From Octopus sinensis (taxonomy: Eukaryota), in the NCBI RefSeq assembly GCF_006345805.1, contig NC_042999.1, positions 119,784,001 through 119,848,000 of the forward strand: 64,000 nt of DNA, written 5' to 3'. Positions 13,525 to 26,853 of this stretch are shown piece by piece. The position numbers and the translations under genes were made by a program. The notes below the pieces were generated by a model that was not told the DNA's origin, did not search any database, and saw only the letters and a list, made by a program, of their open reading frames with translations. Within the stretch, counting starts at the first letter, position 1, and every line of letters begins with the position of its first letter.

Positions 13525-14346
13525 CGGTTTTTTGACTATTTATTAATTTTATGTATTGATAGTTTTCCTTGTTTGTTTTGCAAATAGTGGTTTTGTCTCA
13601 AATAATATTTATAATATTTTACTATAAATTTGGATTAATCCTAAATCTGATTTTTTTTTCCCTGTAAATTTGGATATATTCCCTAATATTATTATTTATA
13701 TATATATATATATATATCAGATCAACTTTGATTGGAAATTCGTAAATCCTTTAATACATTGCTACGCACGTTACCACAAAATACCTGTCTTCGTTTCCTC
13801 AGGCAAAGGTCGCAATAGGGCACTCAAAAACGTTTTCACTTAAATGGATACAAAGGATATATGCATATATATGTATGCGTGTATGTATGCATGTATGAAT
13901 GCGTGTGCGTGTATGTATACATCTACTAGTGTCGTCGTATCCCAGATATTTATACATGAATGGTATGGTTATTTTTCTCATTGAAGATTTAACTAAATAG
14001 TGAAAAGTTAATTCGATTCTATCGGATTAGTTGTGAGAGAATCTGTATTAGTTTTCTTATCAACAACATAGCTGTTAAAAATACTTCAGATCAACGTTGT
14101 GCTTACTAAATAGAAATATGGAAAGATCTTACATACACAATACAGTCAGTTGGAAATCCATTTAATACAAAGATAAAACAAGCAGTTTTAGAAGAAAACT
14201 GTTGGCATGTAGTGCTTAAAATTTAACAATAAGTGGCAATGACTCAAGAAAGTTAACTGAACTACAAATAAGGAAACTTGGGAGAAAATAAACTCTCTAA
14301 CATCATCTAAACAATGAACATGATTAAGTTTCTCTCTCTCCCCTTC

Positions 14347-14395
<49 letters not shown>

Positions 14396-14559
14396 ACATC
14401 ATACATACATACATACATACGTACATACATACATACATACATACATACCTACATACATACCTACATACATACATACCTACATACATACATACATACATAC
14501 ATATATACATACATACATACTACATACATACATACATACATGCGTACATATAAGCATAA

Positions 14560-17500
14560 ATTATCCGATGAAGAATCGAATGCCGCAGTTCACAATAGAG
14601 AAGAGAAAGACCATTTTGCCCACTCAAGATCAATCATTTATGGTAAAGCTGAATCCACCTGTGATACAGGCATAAACCGCTTAAAAGATGACATAAATTT
14701 CGTTTCCGTTTTAGTTGGAGAACTGTTCTCTGTCAACTAAAATGTCAGTATCCATAAGGTCGCTCGGCTAGGAAGATTCCAAGTGAACTCAACCTCAGAC
14801 ACTAGACCACGCCCAATAAGAGTAATCTTTTCTTCCGATCAGGAGGCTTCAATCTTTCTGAACAGAGCACAGAAGCATGCCTGGGAGGACCCCAATATGG
14901 GTTTTCGCGAGGAATACTCACTGAGAGAGAGAATTCGCCGGAGAAACCTAATATCCGAACTGAAGATGAGAAAACAGATGGGAGAGAAGGGTTTACGCAT
15001 CCAAGAGGGACAAATAATCAAGTCCTACCTCTGGTCGCATGCTGTAGTGCTGACAGGGAAAGTGGATCGAGGGCGAATCGAAGTAAAGTAGATACCCCTG
15101 ACAACGATGTTATCTCTGATACCCCTCATTCTGCTTGTTCCCTAATTCCCACCCCTCAAACTTCACAGTTCAGCATCGTCTATACCAACTCGTGCTCCTT
15201 ATTTCCAAAGTTCAGCGAATTATTTACACTGGCCATGCGTGATTCCCCAGATGTGATAGCTATCACCGAGACTTGGCTGACTCCAACAGTAAAGGACTCG
15301 GAAATCCACCTACTGGGCTACTCCCTCTTCAGATGTGACAGAGAAAAAAGGCGAGGTGGAGGTGTTGCTGTGTATGTTAAATCTGATCTCAAACCGTCCA
15401 GCGGTATTCTACCCACTAATGCTCAACCTACAACAAAATTCGATGCCGTCTATTGCAAGCTGAGCCTCTCCGGGTTTTGCCTGCCCGTGTTAGCTGTCTA
15501 CAGGCCGCCTCTTGCCGACCTACAGGACGATGCTCATTTACTCGAAGCGATAAGATTCGTTTCAGTTTCTCTTGACTGTTTGATATTAGGAGACTTCAAC
15601 GCTCCCACGATCGACTGACCCGCATCAATTTGTACATCATCTTCCCGGTTCGGCCAGGCCCTTCTTGACGTGGCTGAAGATTGTTTTCTATCGCAACATG
15701 TTGAATATCCGACAAGGCATTGGTCTGGGAAGCAGCCATCTATGCTGGATCTGGTATTCTCCCGCTATCCAAGATCAGTGTCAGGCTTATCTGTGTGCGC
15801 CCCTCTTGCCAAGACTGATCACGCGGTCCTGAAGTTCGTCATGCACACAACTTTTCCTACGCCCACGACTACTTCGCTGCCACGTAGAGTCTTCTCTGCA
15901 ATCAATCTTGAAATTCTAACCGAGGCTTCCGCGCTTCTGGACTGGCGATCCCTGATGACGATGTCCTCAGTTGACGAACTATGGTCGTCCCTCAAAGCAT
16001 ATGTAATCTGGTTGATTGACCAAGCAGTTCCCGTTGGGCTTCCCAAGAAGAAGAAACACAAGCCCTGGGTGACGAAGAAGGTTAAACGAGAACTTCGACT
16101 CAGAGATATTGCTTGGGCTGAATTCAAAAATCTAGATTCGACTGCAGCTTTTGAAGTGTACAAAACACAACGAGACCGAGCCGTGAAAATTAAAAAGGAA
16201 GAACGCTTCAGATATGAATACAGTCGCAATCCAAAAACCTTCTTTGCCCATGTCCAACGGAATTCCCGCTTGAACAACCGAATTGCAACGTTGGTAGACT
16301 GAACAGGCGTATCGATTGAGGACCCTTATCAACAGAGGCAGTTATTTGCCGAGGCTTTTTCAACTATTTTCAAACAAGATGATGATAGATCGGTACCTCC
16401 AATGCTTAGATTGGTCATCACGCGGGACGAAGTCGAACGCGTTATTCAAGGCCTCGATGTCAACAAGGGTCACGGCCCTGACGGCATACACCCACAAGTT
16501 ATCAAAGCGTTGGCTCCGGTCATCAGCGAGCCTTTAACACTTCTATTCAAATATGTCATTGGCGACGGGTGTTATACCTGCGGACTGGAGAAAAGCGATA
16601 ATCTGCCCAATTTTCAAGAAAGGGAGCCACGAAGACCCGCTTAACTACCGACCGGTTTCCCTTACTTCAATAATCAGCAAGATGTTCGAAACCATCCTTA
16701 AGAAAAGTATGTTGCTCCACCTCCAAAACACAGCCTCTATCTCTGATTCCCAACACGGCTTCTCGCCGAAGAGATCATGCTTGACCAACTTACTGGTAAT
16801 GGAAGAATTGGTGATGCTGTTGACATCGTTTTATTGGACTTTGCCAAGGCCTTTGACTCGGTAAACCACCGCCTATTACTTATCAAGCTTCAAGCATATA
16901 GTTTCCATCCGGATATTGTACGATGGGTTGATGCCTTCCTCTCAGATCGCTCCTTCCAAGTCCAAGTTAATGGTTCGCTGTCCGACGTCTCCAGTGCGAG
17001 CAGTGACGTGCCTCAAGGTTCAGTGCTTGGGCCCTTATTGTTCTTAGTCTTCATAAATGACTTGCCCGACGACCTCACGCAACACACCCTCCTATTTGCC
17101 GATGATGTCAAACTGGTCGCTCCTCGCGGTAATATAGAGGATCTTCGTCGATGCCTCCACCAAGTTTGGAGATGGTCTAACGAATAGGACCTGTGTCTGA
17201 ACGTGTCAAAGTGCTGTCATCTGCCTGTTGGCTCTTCTCCTGCAACTCAACTTGATTTCGAGCCGGGTCGTCTGCTGTTGGAGAGGACCGACCAGGTAAA
17301 GGACCTGGGTATCTTGGTGGATTCTTCCTTTTCACCTTCAGCTCAGTGTGTCCATGCTGCCAACAAAGCACGCGGAGTTCTGTTTTTGATTCGACGGTCA
17401 TTCGGAATGCTCACAGCAGCCATATTCCTACCGCTCTATGTCACGCTGGTGAGACCCATATTGGAGTACGGGATTCAAGCCTCTTCTCCTTTCTCCACAA

Positions 17501-17985
17501 AGACATACAGCATCTCAAAAGAGTCCGGAAGCTGGCTACCCGCATGGTTCATGGTCTCAAGCATTTGTCTTATGAAGAAAGGCTGAAGACGCTCGACCTT
17601 TATTCTCTAGAAAAACGACGACGCCGTGATGATCTCATTCTTGCTCACAACATCATAAGCGGAAAGTGTAACCTCTCGAAAGAGCTGTTCTTCACTCCTG
17701 CGCCAGTGCGTCGGCTGCGGGGTCACTCCGAAAAGCTCTATCTGCGACGATTTCATCTCAATCGAAGGGTCTTTCTCCGTCCGGGTTGCGGACCCGTGGA
17801 ATAAGCTGTCGGACGAGATAATGAAGATACCGACGACCGCTCGGTTCAAAGTCTCCCTTGACCACAACTGGCCTGAACTCTTTGCATGAACACCACCCTG
17901 TACATAACTCCATGTCCCCCTACATGGCCTTGCTTTTTGCTTTTTGAGCCCCAAAATTAACTTAACTAACTTAACTTAACTTATA
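14560..17985 (+). mobile_element. CR1/L2-group LINE with ORF1 C-terminal part and disrupted ORF2 (APE endonuclease + RT)
   Basis: ORF1-like IIYGKAES...VARLGR...RPRPIRVIF...GEKGLRIQEGQII. APE motifs VIAITETWL, GGGVAVYVK, VYRPP, ILGDFNAP, TDH. RT motifs YRPVSLTS, QHGF..KRSCLTNLL, DFAKAFDSV, VPQGSVLGPLLF, LFADD. C-terminal LSYEERLKTLDLYSLE. (AACTT)-type tail ~17958-17982. Broken by several stops and frameshifts. Confidence 0.95.
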
Positions 17986-18319
17986 CATACGTGCCTGCCA
18001 GCCAAACTACATTACTGGTTTAAGTAACTGACCACTATCTCCGTACTACGTCTACGGTAAATAGCAGGTACAATCGCAACGATAATTGTAGTATTAGTGG
18101 TAGTTAGGATTATATGCTGGTGAAATATGCCCTTACTGAACTTTTCCGAGAAAAAATAACTTCGGCTTTGAAGTACTCCCTCGAGGAGAGAGTATTCTCT
18201 ATCAAAGTAAACTACTAGATATGGTATTAAAAGCTGTTAACGAAATTAGTGATGAGTATTTACAGCAGTGTGACGAACCCACATTCTGGCAGATTAACGC
18301 CTATCTATATGCTCTGGCT

Positions 18320-18453
18320 ACTACTGCAACACTGGATTAAGTGTGTGACTTCCGAAGGGGACTACTTTGAAAGAAATTATATGCCAAATTGGTAGGGTGT
18401 TGTAGTTTTGTGTTTAGAGCACCAGTCCGGATACTTATTAAATCAGACTTCGT
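18320..18453 (+). mobile_element. Mariner 3' end remnant
   Basis: tgtgtgacttccgaaggggactactttgaa (CV..EGDYFE) followed by a TIR-like end ccggatacttattaaatcagacttcgTA. Confidence 0.5.
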
Positions 18454-18462
18454 ATATATACA

Positions 18463-18626
18463 CACGACGAGCTTCTTTCAGTTTCCCTCTACGAAATCCA
18501 CTCACATGATTTTCGTCGGTCCGAGGTTATTGTAGAACACATCTGCCCAAGGTGACACGCAGTGAACCTGAAACCAGATCCATGAGGTTGGGAAGTAATA
18601 TTCTTACCACACAACCACACCTGCGC
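18463..18626 (-). mobile_element. tRNA-derived SINE (family A), head/body
   Basis: Reverse complement begins gcgcaggtgtggttgtgtggtaagaa (A-box-like) then a B-box-like ggtttcagg and ccttgggcagatgtgttc core; body similar to 19345-19410. Confidence 0.7.
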
Positions 18627-18999
18627 ATATTCGTTTATATGATTCCAAGTTTTGCTTGATGCATGTAAAAATGAACGAGTCTACGAATGTATAAGTGTAT
18701 GAATGTTTATATACAGACACAAATACGTAACATGGATGGGGAAATTTTATATTTCTTCATTTTATCCTGCTTTGTAAATGTTGTCATTGCTTCATTACAT
18801 GGTTATTTTTTTTAGTACATTCCTATCAATTCTCGGGTTTTTCAAACTTAGAAGTGTTCGTGCTGTCACTTTGCATCTGATATTTATATAATTAAATGTA
18901 TTTTTTAGTGACAAAACTATAAACATACAGCCATAGACAAACACCCACAAACATATTCACTTATACATGTATGTTTTATATCTTTTATCTTTACCGTTA

Positions 19000-19247
19000 T
19001 CTTTTACTTGTTCCAGTCATTATACTGCGGCCATGCTGGGGTACCAACCTGAAGAATTTTAGTCGAACGAATCGACCCCAGTACTTACTTACTTTCTTTT
19101 AAAGCCTAGTACTTATTGTATCGGTTCCTTTTGTCGAACTGCTAAGTTCCGGGAACGTAAACACACCAACACTGGTTGTTAAGCGGTGGTGGGAGGCAAA
19201 TACTGGTACAAAGACACGCGCACACACACTGACACACAGAAGCAAAC

Positions 19248-19282
<35 letters not shown>

Positions 19283-19297
19283 CACGCACACACACAC

Positions 19298-19347
<50 letters not shown>

Positions 19348-19410
19348 CACGCTTCTTTTAGTTTCTGTCTAACAATTCCACTCACAAGACTTTGGTCGGT
19401 CCGAGTCAAT
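19000..19410 (-). mobile_element. SINE family A, 3' part plus internal (CA)n(TA)n tract plus body fragment
   Basis: cttttacttgttccagtcat..gcggccatgctgg..gaatcgacccc.., then a microsatellite, then gcttcttttagtttctgtctaacaattccactcacaagactttggtcggtccgag matching 18468-18525. Confidence 0.7.
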
Positions 19411-19411
19411 A

Positions 19412-19455
<44 letters not shown>

Positions 19456-20880
19456 TGAGTGCGTGTGTGTATGTCTGTGTGTGTATATGCAAGGCCTGAG
19501 ATTCACCTGACATCCCTCGTGGCCCGTAGTCAAAACACATCCTCAACAGCAAAGATTGTCTTTGTCTTCAAAGCCAAACAATAACTAATATATTTCTATA
19601 AATTCTAGTAAGACTCACAGTTAAATACTGTTCTTTCATTGAAATGATGTTATTACTTGCCGCATAGAATTTCTATAGCTCAGCTGAAGAAAACCTAGCC
19701 AACTGAATGACATATAGCTGCTCACAAACTCAACTTAACCTCTGGCCCACTGATTCGACTTACTCACTTTTTGTCGTTTCTGAACGTTCGACAACGATCA
19801 ATGATCCTCGGATATAGCTTGTCTCATGCCGCCTACATTGAAATGTTTTCGACCTCTAATGATTTCTGTTCTCATCACACATATTGGCCCATCCCCAGAT
19901 CGCACACAAACTACTGCACCTAGTTCTTTCTTTCCAGAACATCAGCTCTCCGAAATTTTCACCTTGCTCATGTTTTTTTTAAATATTTCTGAAGTTGCGA
20001 CTTGCAGCAGTTTAAGCAGGATAATTTACAGCATTAACTTCACCACTCTCAGAAGCATATAAAAGGTATTGATAGGGACTCTTCCTCTAGACCAAAGTAA
20101 TAAAAAATGTAAAAGAAAACGTCCATAACTGAAACATGCTGAACAGTAGCAGACAGGAAGTGTGTATGGTTACTGTTAAAGCAGTAAAAAGCAAACAAGT
20201 ACTAAAAGAAATAAGAGATAGAGAAATACGTGGGAGTGTTTGCATGTATGTAATGAGTGAAAGTGATTGCTTGGACATAAGTTTATGTGTTATGTAAATA
20301 GGAGGGGAACAATTGTATAAGTGGTTTTTGTGTGAAAATTAAGTTTAATAACGTATACATCGGGTGAATAAGAATTTATAGTGTGGAAATTTGGAGAGAA
20401 GGATGTATGTGAGATGGTGTAATGTGCATGTATGAGGCATTTATCTGAGTGTGTTTCAGGTATTGATACTAAACGAAGTAGCTGTATCCAGGTAGTGGAG
20501 TAACTGAGTCGTTTCCGAAAATTCCAGGAAACGGAAATACTATGATTCTGTGCAAACCACAAACGATGAATCACAGGTAGAAACGGAACCAGAAATTGAA
20601 GTGACTGAGACAGCCCAAAATAAAACGGTGCTTTTCCGTTGGGCAGTCAAAAAATGTTAAAATGTTCCCTACACTGATCAATCACTTTTCGATCGGTTTT
20701 CTCTTTAGAGAATGAACCACAGAGTTGGTATTTGATATAATATGTAACAATTTTGGATAATAAGGTGGAAAGGAAATGCACACTAAATGATTACCGAGTT
20801 TGTGATCACGTTTATCGGAAAAAAGTGAATGGCATGCGCTAGGTATAGAATTCATTTATTTGCACACGTATATACACATG

Positions 20881-20916
<36 letters not shown>

Positions 20917-21910
20917 TGTATGTATGTATGTATGTATGTATGTATGTATATATATATGTTTATATGTATGTATGTATGTTTGTATGTGTGTGTGTAAGTA
21001 TGTATAATAAGATAAAATTGGTTTCATTGAAATATTTCGCGATTATTCAATAGTAGTTTAAGTATGTTGGCAATTCAGCTATCTTGTTAGACAAGAATAC
21101 AAACAAGATTTCGTGTGACTGTCGATGTTACAAACAAAAGTGCTAGTTAAATAAGTAAAAGGAAGAAAAAATTAGGAACTGTAAGGTCAATGGCATCTCT
21201 TATATAAGTTGACCGATTCTCACCGGTGGCATTTCTAACAGAATTATAAAATATATAAATGTATAATTATACAGTTGATAATTGTTCGTATGGTATAACA
21301 GGAAAAGATACTGCCCATATTATATCTACTCCAAATAAATGTCCCTATTTCTAAATATGGGTGCACAAAGGCAATAAATGTACCTTCTTCCATCTTAAAC
21401 TGTGCCAGAATTCTCTGCCTCTTAGGATATGTCTCAACCTGGAATGCAGCTACCTTTATCTGAAAAGCACAAAACAAGTGAAAAATACATAGCAACACGG
21501 AGTTGAAACAAAATCAAAATACAGCCACATTTCACCTCTCAACATAGAGCAAGGAAGAATCCCATCCATCAGAAGGAAGTATAGGAAAACCATAACTTCA
21601 AATAAAGTAAACGAGCACAACATATCAACAGATCAAATGAATAATAAAAAAGAAATGCTTTTTTATTGACTTATCTGTAGAATATGAAAGCTGACCTAAA
21701 CCTGAATGTTCAACGGACTGTCACTAGCCGTATATCGAAAACTCTAGAAACACTTCCCCTTACCACCTCTATAATATCACTCCTCTATAATATCACTCCT
21801 CACAAAAACTATCCCCAATGTTGTCAGTGAACGACAAGACGCATAAATCAAGGCATGTAGAACTATATAAGCAACAACCAATCTCCGCTTCGATATTTCT
21901 GCTAAATGTA

Positions 21911-23176
21911 TCATGTCATCCCATAACTTCTGTCCGATTTTATCTTTTTTAAAATTGAATGAAATTTAATAGTATTTTAGAATGTCTAATGGAATTAAAA
22001 ATTATTTTTATGCATTTGTGTACATTTAAACTAATTAAATATTATTTTACAAAATAATAGGATTAAAATTCTTTGATTAAAACCCTTTCTAACATGGAAG
22101 TATCCAAAAAGCATTTGAGGCACATAATGCTTTATGAGTAAAAAAAAAGGAAACTCTGCAGCCGAAGCGACTCGAAACATACACTCAGTTTATGGGAAGG
22201 AATTCTTGAATGAAAGAACTTGCAGAAGATGGTTTGCAAAATTTAGAAGTGGAGATTTCAGCCTTGAAGATGAAGATCGACGTCCAGTTGAGTTTGATGA
22301 TTTTTTTGAATAAAATCCTGCGTTATCAGTTGAAGAATTGGCAATAAATCTTAGTTCAAACCATACAACTGCTCATCGTCATCTTCTAAAACTTGTAAAG
22401 GTTCCTAAACTTGGAAAATGGATGCCTCATGAATTGTCCGAAAGCAACCGCAAATCTCGAGTTGACATCTACTCTTCTCTCAATTCTCGCGAACTCATTT
22501 CACCCTTTTTGGATAGACTTGTGACTGGTGACGAAAAATGGATCTTCTATCGAAATGGTAAACGTCGTAAACAGTAGCTTGGTAAAAGGGAAAATCTCAG
22601 CCACAACCGAGAAGGGAACTTCATGGAAGAGAGGTTCTTCTCTATATCTGGTGTGATTGCAAAGGAGTAACTCACTTTGAATTGTTACCACCTAATGCAA
22701 CAATCAATGCTCAAGTCTACTGTATGCAATTAGAGCGTTTGAACCAAGCTTTGAAGAAAAACGAACCCGCATTAGCGAATCAAAAAGGAGTGATGTTTCG
22801 TCAGGACAATGCACGACCCCACACTGCAAAGATCACATCACAGGAGATCGAAGGGCTTGGCTGGGAAAAAATTCCTCATCCACCTTATTATCCCGACCAT
22901 GTTCCTTCAGACTACCATTTGTTTTGTAGTTTACTGAATCATTTGGGGGACATAACTTTCGCAAGCCAGGAGGAGGTCAAAACTGACATTTCAGAATTCT
23001 TCGCTTGGAAACCAAATGAGTTCTACATTGTTGGGATTAAAAAGCTCGTAAATAGATGTAGGGAAGTCATAGATAATCAGGTTAAGTACATTGATGATTA
23101 AATTTCAATTAAATATAATATTTAATGACTTGATTTCTTTATTCAAAATTCGGACAGAACTTATGGGATGACCTGA
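21911..23176 (+). mobile_element. Full-length mariner (Tc1/mariner, DD34D) with disrupted transposase
   Basis: 27-bp TIRs tcatgtcatcccataacttctgtccga / tcggacagaacttatgggatgacctga, flanked by TA at 21909-21910 and 23177-23178. Transposase from ATG 22094 to stop 23101 with WMPHEL, VTGDEKW, QDNARPH, HPPYYPD, PSDYHLF; 34 residues between the 2nd and 3rd Asp. Contains stops and frameshifts. Confidence 0.95.
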
Positions 23177-23199
23177 TACACGGCTTCAACCCATTATTC

Positions 23200-26095
23200 T
23201 ATGACCCAAAATGGAAGATTCCACGCACAGGGAGTTGGCTTGCTGAAATGACGCTTCATCTCTTCCTTCATCCTAAGAAATCCACCTAACTTACAATCAT
23301 ATGAAGGCCGAGCTGAAAAGAAAAAAAATCACCATCATCCGGACATACCGTATAGACAGAAATACTCATTTTCCTTCTTGCTTCCTGTACTATGGATGCT
23401 AAGGACATATTTTCCAATGGCTACATAATCAATGTCGGTCTCTGCAGGCTTCCCCCCAAACTCCTCTATGGTGCTTTGAAGAGTGTCTGAATAATTTCAA
23501 GTCCTTTCTTCAAAATTACAACTCCGGTAAAATATTGTTGATGGACGATTTTAATCGCCGTTATGTGAATTGTCTATAAATATTCTGAAGTTAGATAACT
23601 GAACTACCACAGACAAAGCAACAGCTGAATGTGCTAACTAACCCAACTTGTGCCTGAACCAACAAGACAAAACAAAGCAAAAACTATCTGAAACCTGATA
23701 TTAACAAACCACTCTAGCGCTTGTCATAACATTCCAGTTGGAAAAGAAAAAAAACTCTTCTCTCCGACCATGACATGGTACTCTGTAACATTAGTTTCCG
23801 GCATTCCAAAACCAAATTAGTCACTCTCGTCTCAGTTCGATAATATGAATTTTCACAAAGCAGACTGGAGATCTGTCACTAATGGAATGGTATTCACACA
23901 CAGTTCCTCTGATAGTGAAACAATATGGCAGTGCTTTGATAATATTATCACTTGTACATGCTCAAATTATTCTCCTACGAAACTCATAAGCACCAGTAGA
24001 AACAGGCGCCTAAGGGAGAAAAAATATTCATCAGAAAAAATCAAAAGACTAAATTTAAAAACAAAACAACCAATTAAAATAATACTAGCTTCATTCACAT
24101 TCAACAGCAATAAGAAAGTCTGTAAGGAAAAAACATCATCTGCAGAGCTGCATAAAAACATATAACGACTTCCAAAGAGCTGCAGAGTAAAACTGTGTAG
24201 CCAAAAATAAGCAAACAGAACTCTATAGTGTTATTTTCATGGGCCAACAAGCATAGAGCCGCTTCTCTCCCATTGGTCCACTGATAGACGATAACAACTT
24301 TCTCTATCACGATGCTAAAGAAAAAGCGGAAGTACTGCAGAAACAATATTGCTCTGTCTTTAGTGATGTCACTGATATTGATGCAAGGGGTCTGAACAAA
24401 CTCACCCCCTAACATATTATATCTGATTGAACTTTTACTGCCGCAGACATCATAGGCAGCAATACTCTGCAGTAGGTCCTGATAGATTCCACGCTAGTAT
24501 CTTGAAGTAATGCAGACACCATGTTACAACCCCTCTAACAAACCTCTAGAGAAATTCTTTAGGCTCGGGCTACATACCGAAACAGGTTTTGTCTCAATCT
24601 GTCATCCTGGACTTCAAAAAGGGAGACGGGTTTGTTGCAGTTAATTATCGCTCAATCTCACTCACCTTCCATAGCATCAAAGTGTTTGAAAGGATGGTAA
24701 AATTAAAGATAACTGGTTTTCCGGAGAGACACAACTTTCTAAATTCTTGCCAGTTTGGCTTTTGCCGCGGCAGGGATTGCCTAGCAGCCTTTACATCATA
24801 TCAATGATGTCATTAAAGCTCTGGGATCAGGTTCGAACTCTGATGTCATATATCTTAATTTCAACAAAGCGTTCGACAGAATCAATTGCAATATCCTCCT
24901 GTCAAAATTGTCCAATACTGAAATCTGTGGTAAACTTCTACCCTGGATTAAGTATTTCCTGGTGAACAAAACACAAAATGCTATAATCGGTGGAATCCAC
25001 TCGAGCCTAACAAAAGTCATCAGTGGTGTTCCCAGCGGACTGTTTTGGGTCCGCTTCTCTTTATAGTCTATATAAACTACGTCTCGAGCGCCATCAAACA
25101 CAGCAAAATAAAAATATTCGCAGTTGACTCCAAGCTCCAGAAAATTATCAATGGAAACGAAGACCGAACCGAACTTGATCTGATATACATATTGTAAGCC
25201 AATACGTGCACTAAAGCAAGATGCGGTTATATGAGGGAAAATTTGAACCTGTACACTTTGGAAAAATGAATGCGGTCAAACAACCATATTATGTTCCTTC
25301 AAAGGAACTACTCACAGCATCCGATAATTTTAGAGACTTAGGAAAATTGTTGATAACAATCTCGGCTGGAGTCCCCACATCAACAATAAAGTCGCTATGG
25401 CTCGCAGGATGAACTCCTGTGTTCTCAGAATGTCTCACTATGAGAGCAAGATGGCATCGTTAAATTTTCTCCTCCTTTGTATGGCTACATCTACCATACT
25501 GCAGAGTCCTATGCACCCCATCCCAACAAAATACGACTGCGAATGAGTCATTCCAAACAGAAATCGCTAAAAAATAAAAGGAATGACTGATCTTGATTAT
25601 TGGGACCATAGTAAAGCATTGAAACTTTATTCGCTATAGCGCCACCATGAGCGCTAGATCACTTTAATAATGTGGAAAATATACTAACAGCATTGCCCAA
25701 ACGACCTTAACATCAAACTCAGACTTTATTCAAGGCTGGAGCTACGTGCACCCCTTCCCATACACAATTTAGGCTTACAACACACAAATTCACTGCGATA
25801 CAATTTCTCTTCTTCAACAGGGCCTGCTGTATTTAACACTATCCCTAAACAAATAAAAGAAAGAAAAGATTCCATTACCTTGAAACGAAATTAGGTTAAA
25901 CTTCTTCAAGAGATACCAACTAAGCTACCTATACCTGGATACATCTCAGACAACAAAAGCTCACTACTTGAATGGGCCATGATTCTATTCAACTTCACTC
26001 TAAAATTACTTAATAGATCTTATCAGGTGGTACTATTAAGTTAGTCATGGCTTGGGCCACTCTTTAGCCGAAACATATTTAAGTTACCTAAGATA
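23200..26095 (+). mobile_element. Degenerate CR1/L2-group LINE ORF2 (second family)
   Basis: LMDDFN, LSDHDMV, FHKADW, NYRSISLT..IKVFERMVK, QFGFCRGRDC, DVIYLNFNKAFD, SGVP..TVLGPLL, LDYWD..KALKLYSL, GPAVFNTIPK; heavily frameshifted. Confidence 0.85.
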
Positions 26096-26124
26096 TACTG
26101 TCTGAATGTTTGTACCGGAATACG

Positions 26125-26167
<43 letters not shown>

Positions 26168-26280
26168 GGCCTGCTCGCTTAGCCAGCGGGGTGGCGTCAT
26201 ATTTGAAGGCTAAAACAATGCGAAGCGCATTGTGACCAGCGATGTTTAGCAGCCTCTGATAGCCTGGTCGGTCACGTGAT

Positions 26281-26287
<7 letters not shown>
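26168..26287. repeat. Short GC-richer interspersed repeat fragment between (TA)n tracts
   Basis: 120-bp island ending in the palindrome TCACGTGATCACGTGA. Resembles a recurrent octopus repeat end from memory; family unassigned. Confidence 0.35.
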
Positions 26288-26325
<38 letters not shown>

Positions 26326-26469
26326 TATACAGATACATACATGCACGCACACACAATATGTATTACATGATCATTAATTGAACACTGTGTGCCTCTTGTA
26401 GCAAACGAGCTGACAAGCGCCTATTAAATACACTGTGCAGTATGAAGTGGTATATGAGTGCATAAGACG

Positions 26470-26700
26470 GTGACCTGGCAGAAACGTTAACACGCCGGTC
26501 CAAATGCCTAGCGGTATTTCATCTGCCGTTACGTTGTGAGTTCAAATTCCGTCGAGGTCGACTTTGCCTTTCATCCTTTCGGGGTCGATAAATTAAGTAC
26601 TAGTTACGCACTGGGGTCGATGTAATCGACTTAATACCTATGTCTGTCCTTGTTTGTCCCCTCTGTGTTTAGCCCCTTGTGGGTAATAAAGAAATAGGTA
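26470..26700 (+). mobile_element. tRNA-derived SINE (family B)
   Basis: A-box-like tggcagaaacgtt, B-box gagttcaaattcc, conserved gtcgactttgcctttcatcctttcggggtcgataaattaagtac domain; several further copies in the window. Confidence 0.85.
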
Positions 26701-26820
26701 TATGAGTGCATAAGATTTACAAGAGAATAACTGAATTTGAATAAATGGAAATATGGGCATATGTGTGTGTTTGTGCAAGTGTGTCTGCGTTTCTGTGTGA
26801 GCATGTGAGTGTGTGTGTGT

Positions 26821-26853
<33 letters not shown>

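Larger units (their letters stand above)
11873..13610 (+). mobile_element. Non-coding Penelope-type/retrozyme element with inverted pseudo-LTR, internal tandem unit and HHR
   Basis: 11873-12338 is an inverted copy of 13148-13610; 12339-~12735 is a direct copy of ~12966-13365. Strongly GT-skewed, with an HHR in each inverted arm and no credible ORF. Confidence 0.75.

Noticed and set aside
19500-20600. Old LINE endonuclease remnant
   Set aside because: Only fragmentary resemblance; no diagnostic motif is intact.
21700-21750. Possible decayed HHR (ctgaatg..acgg/ccgt..cgaaa)
   Set aside because: The core is mismatched and helix I cannot be identified; too weak to call.
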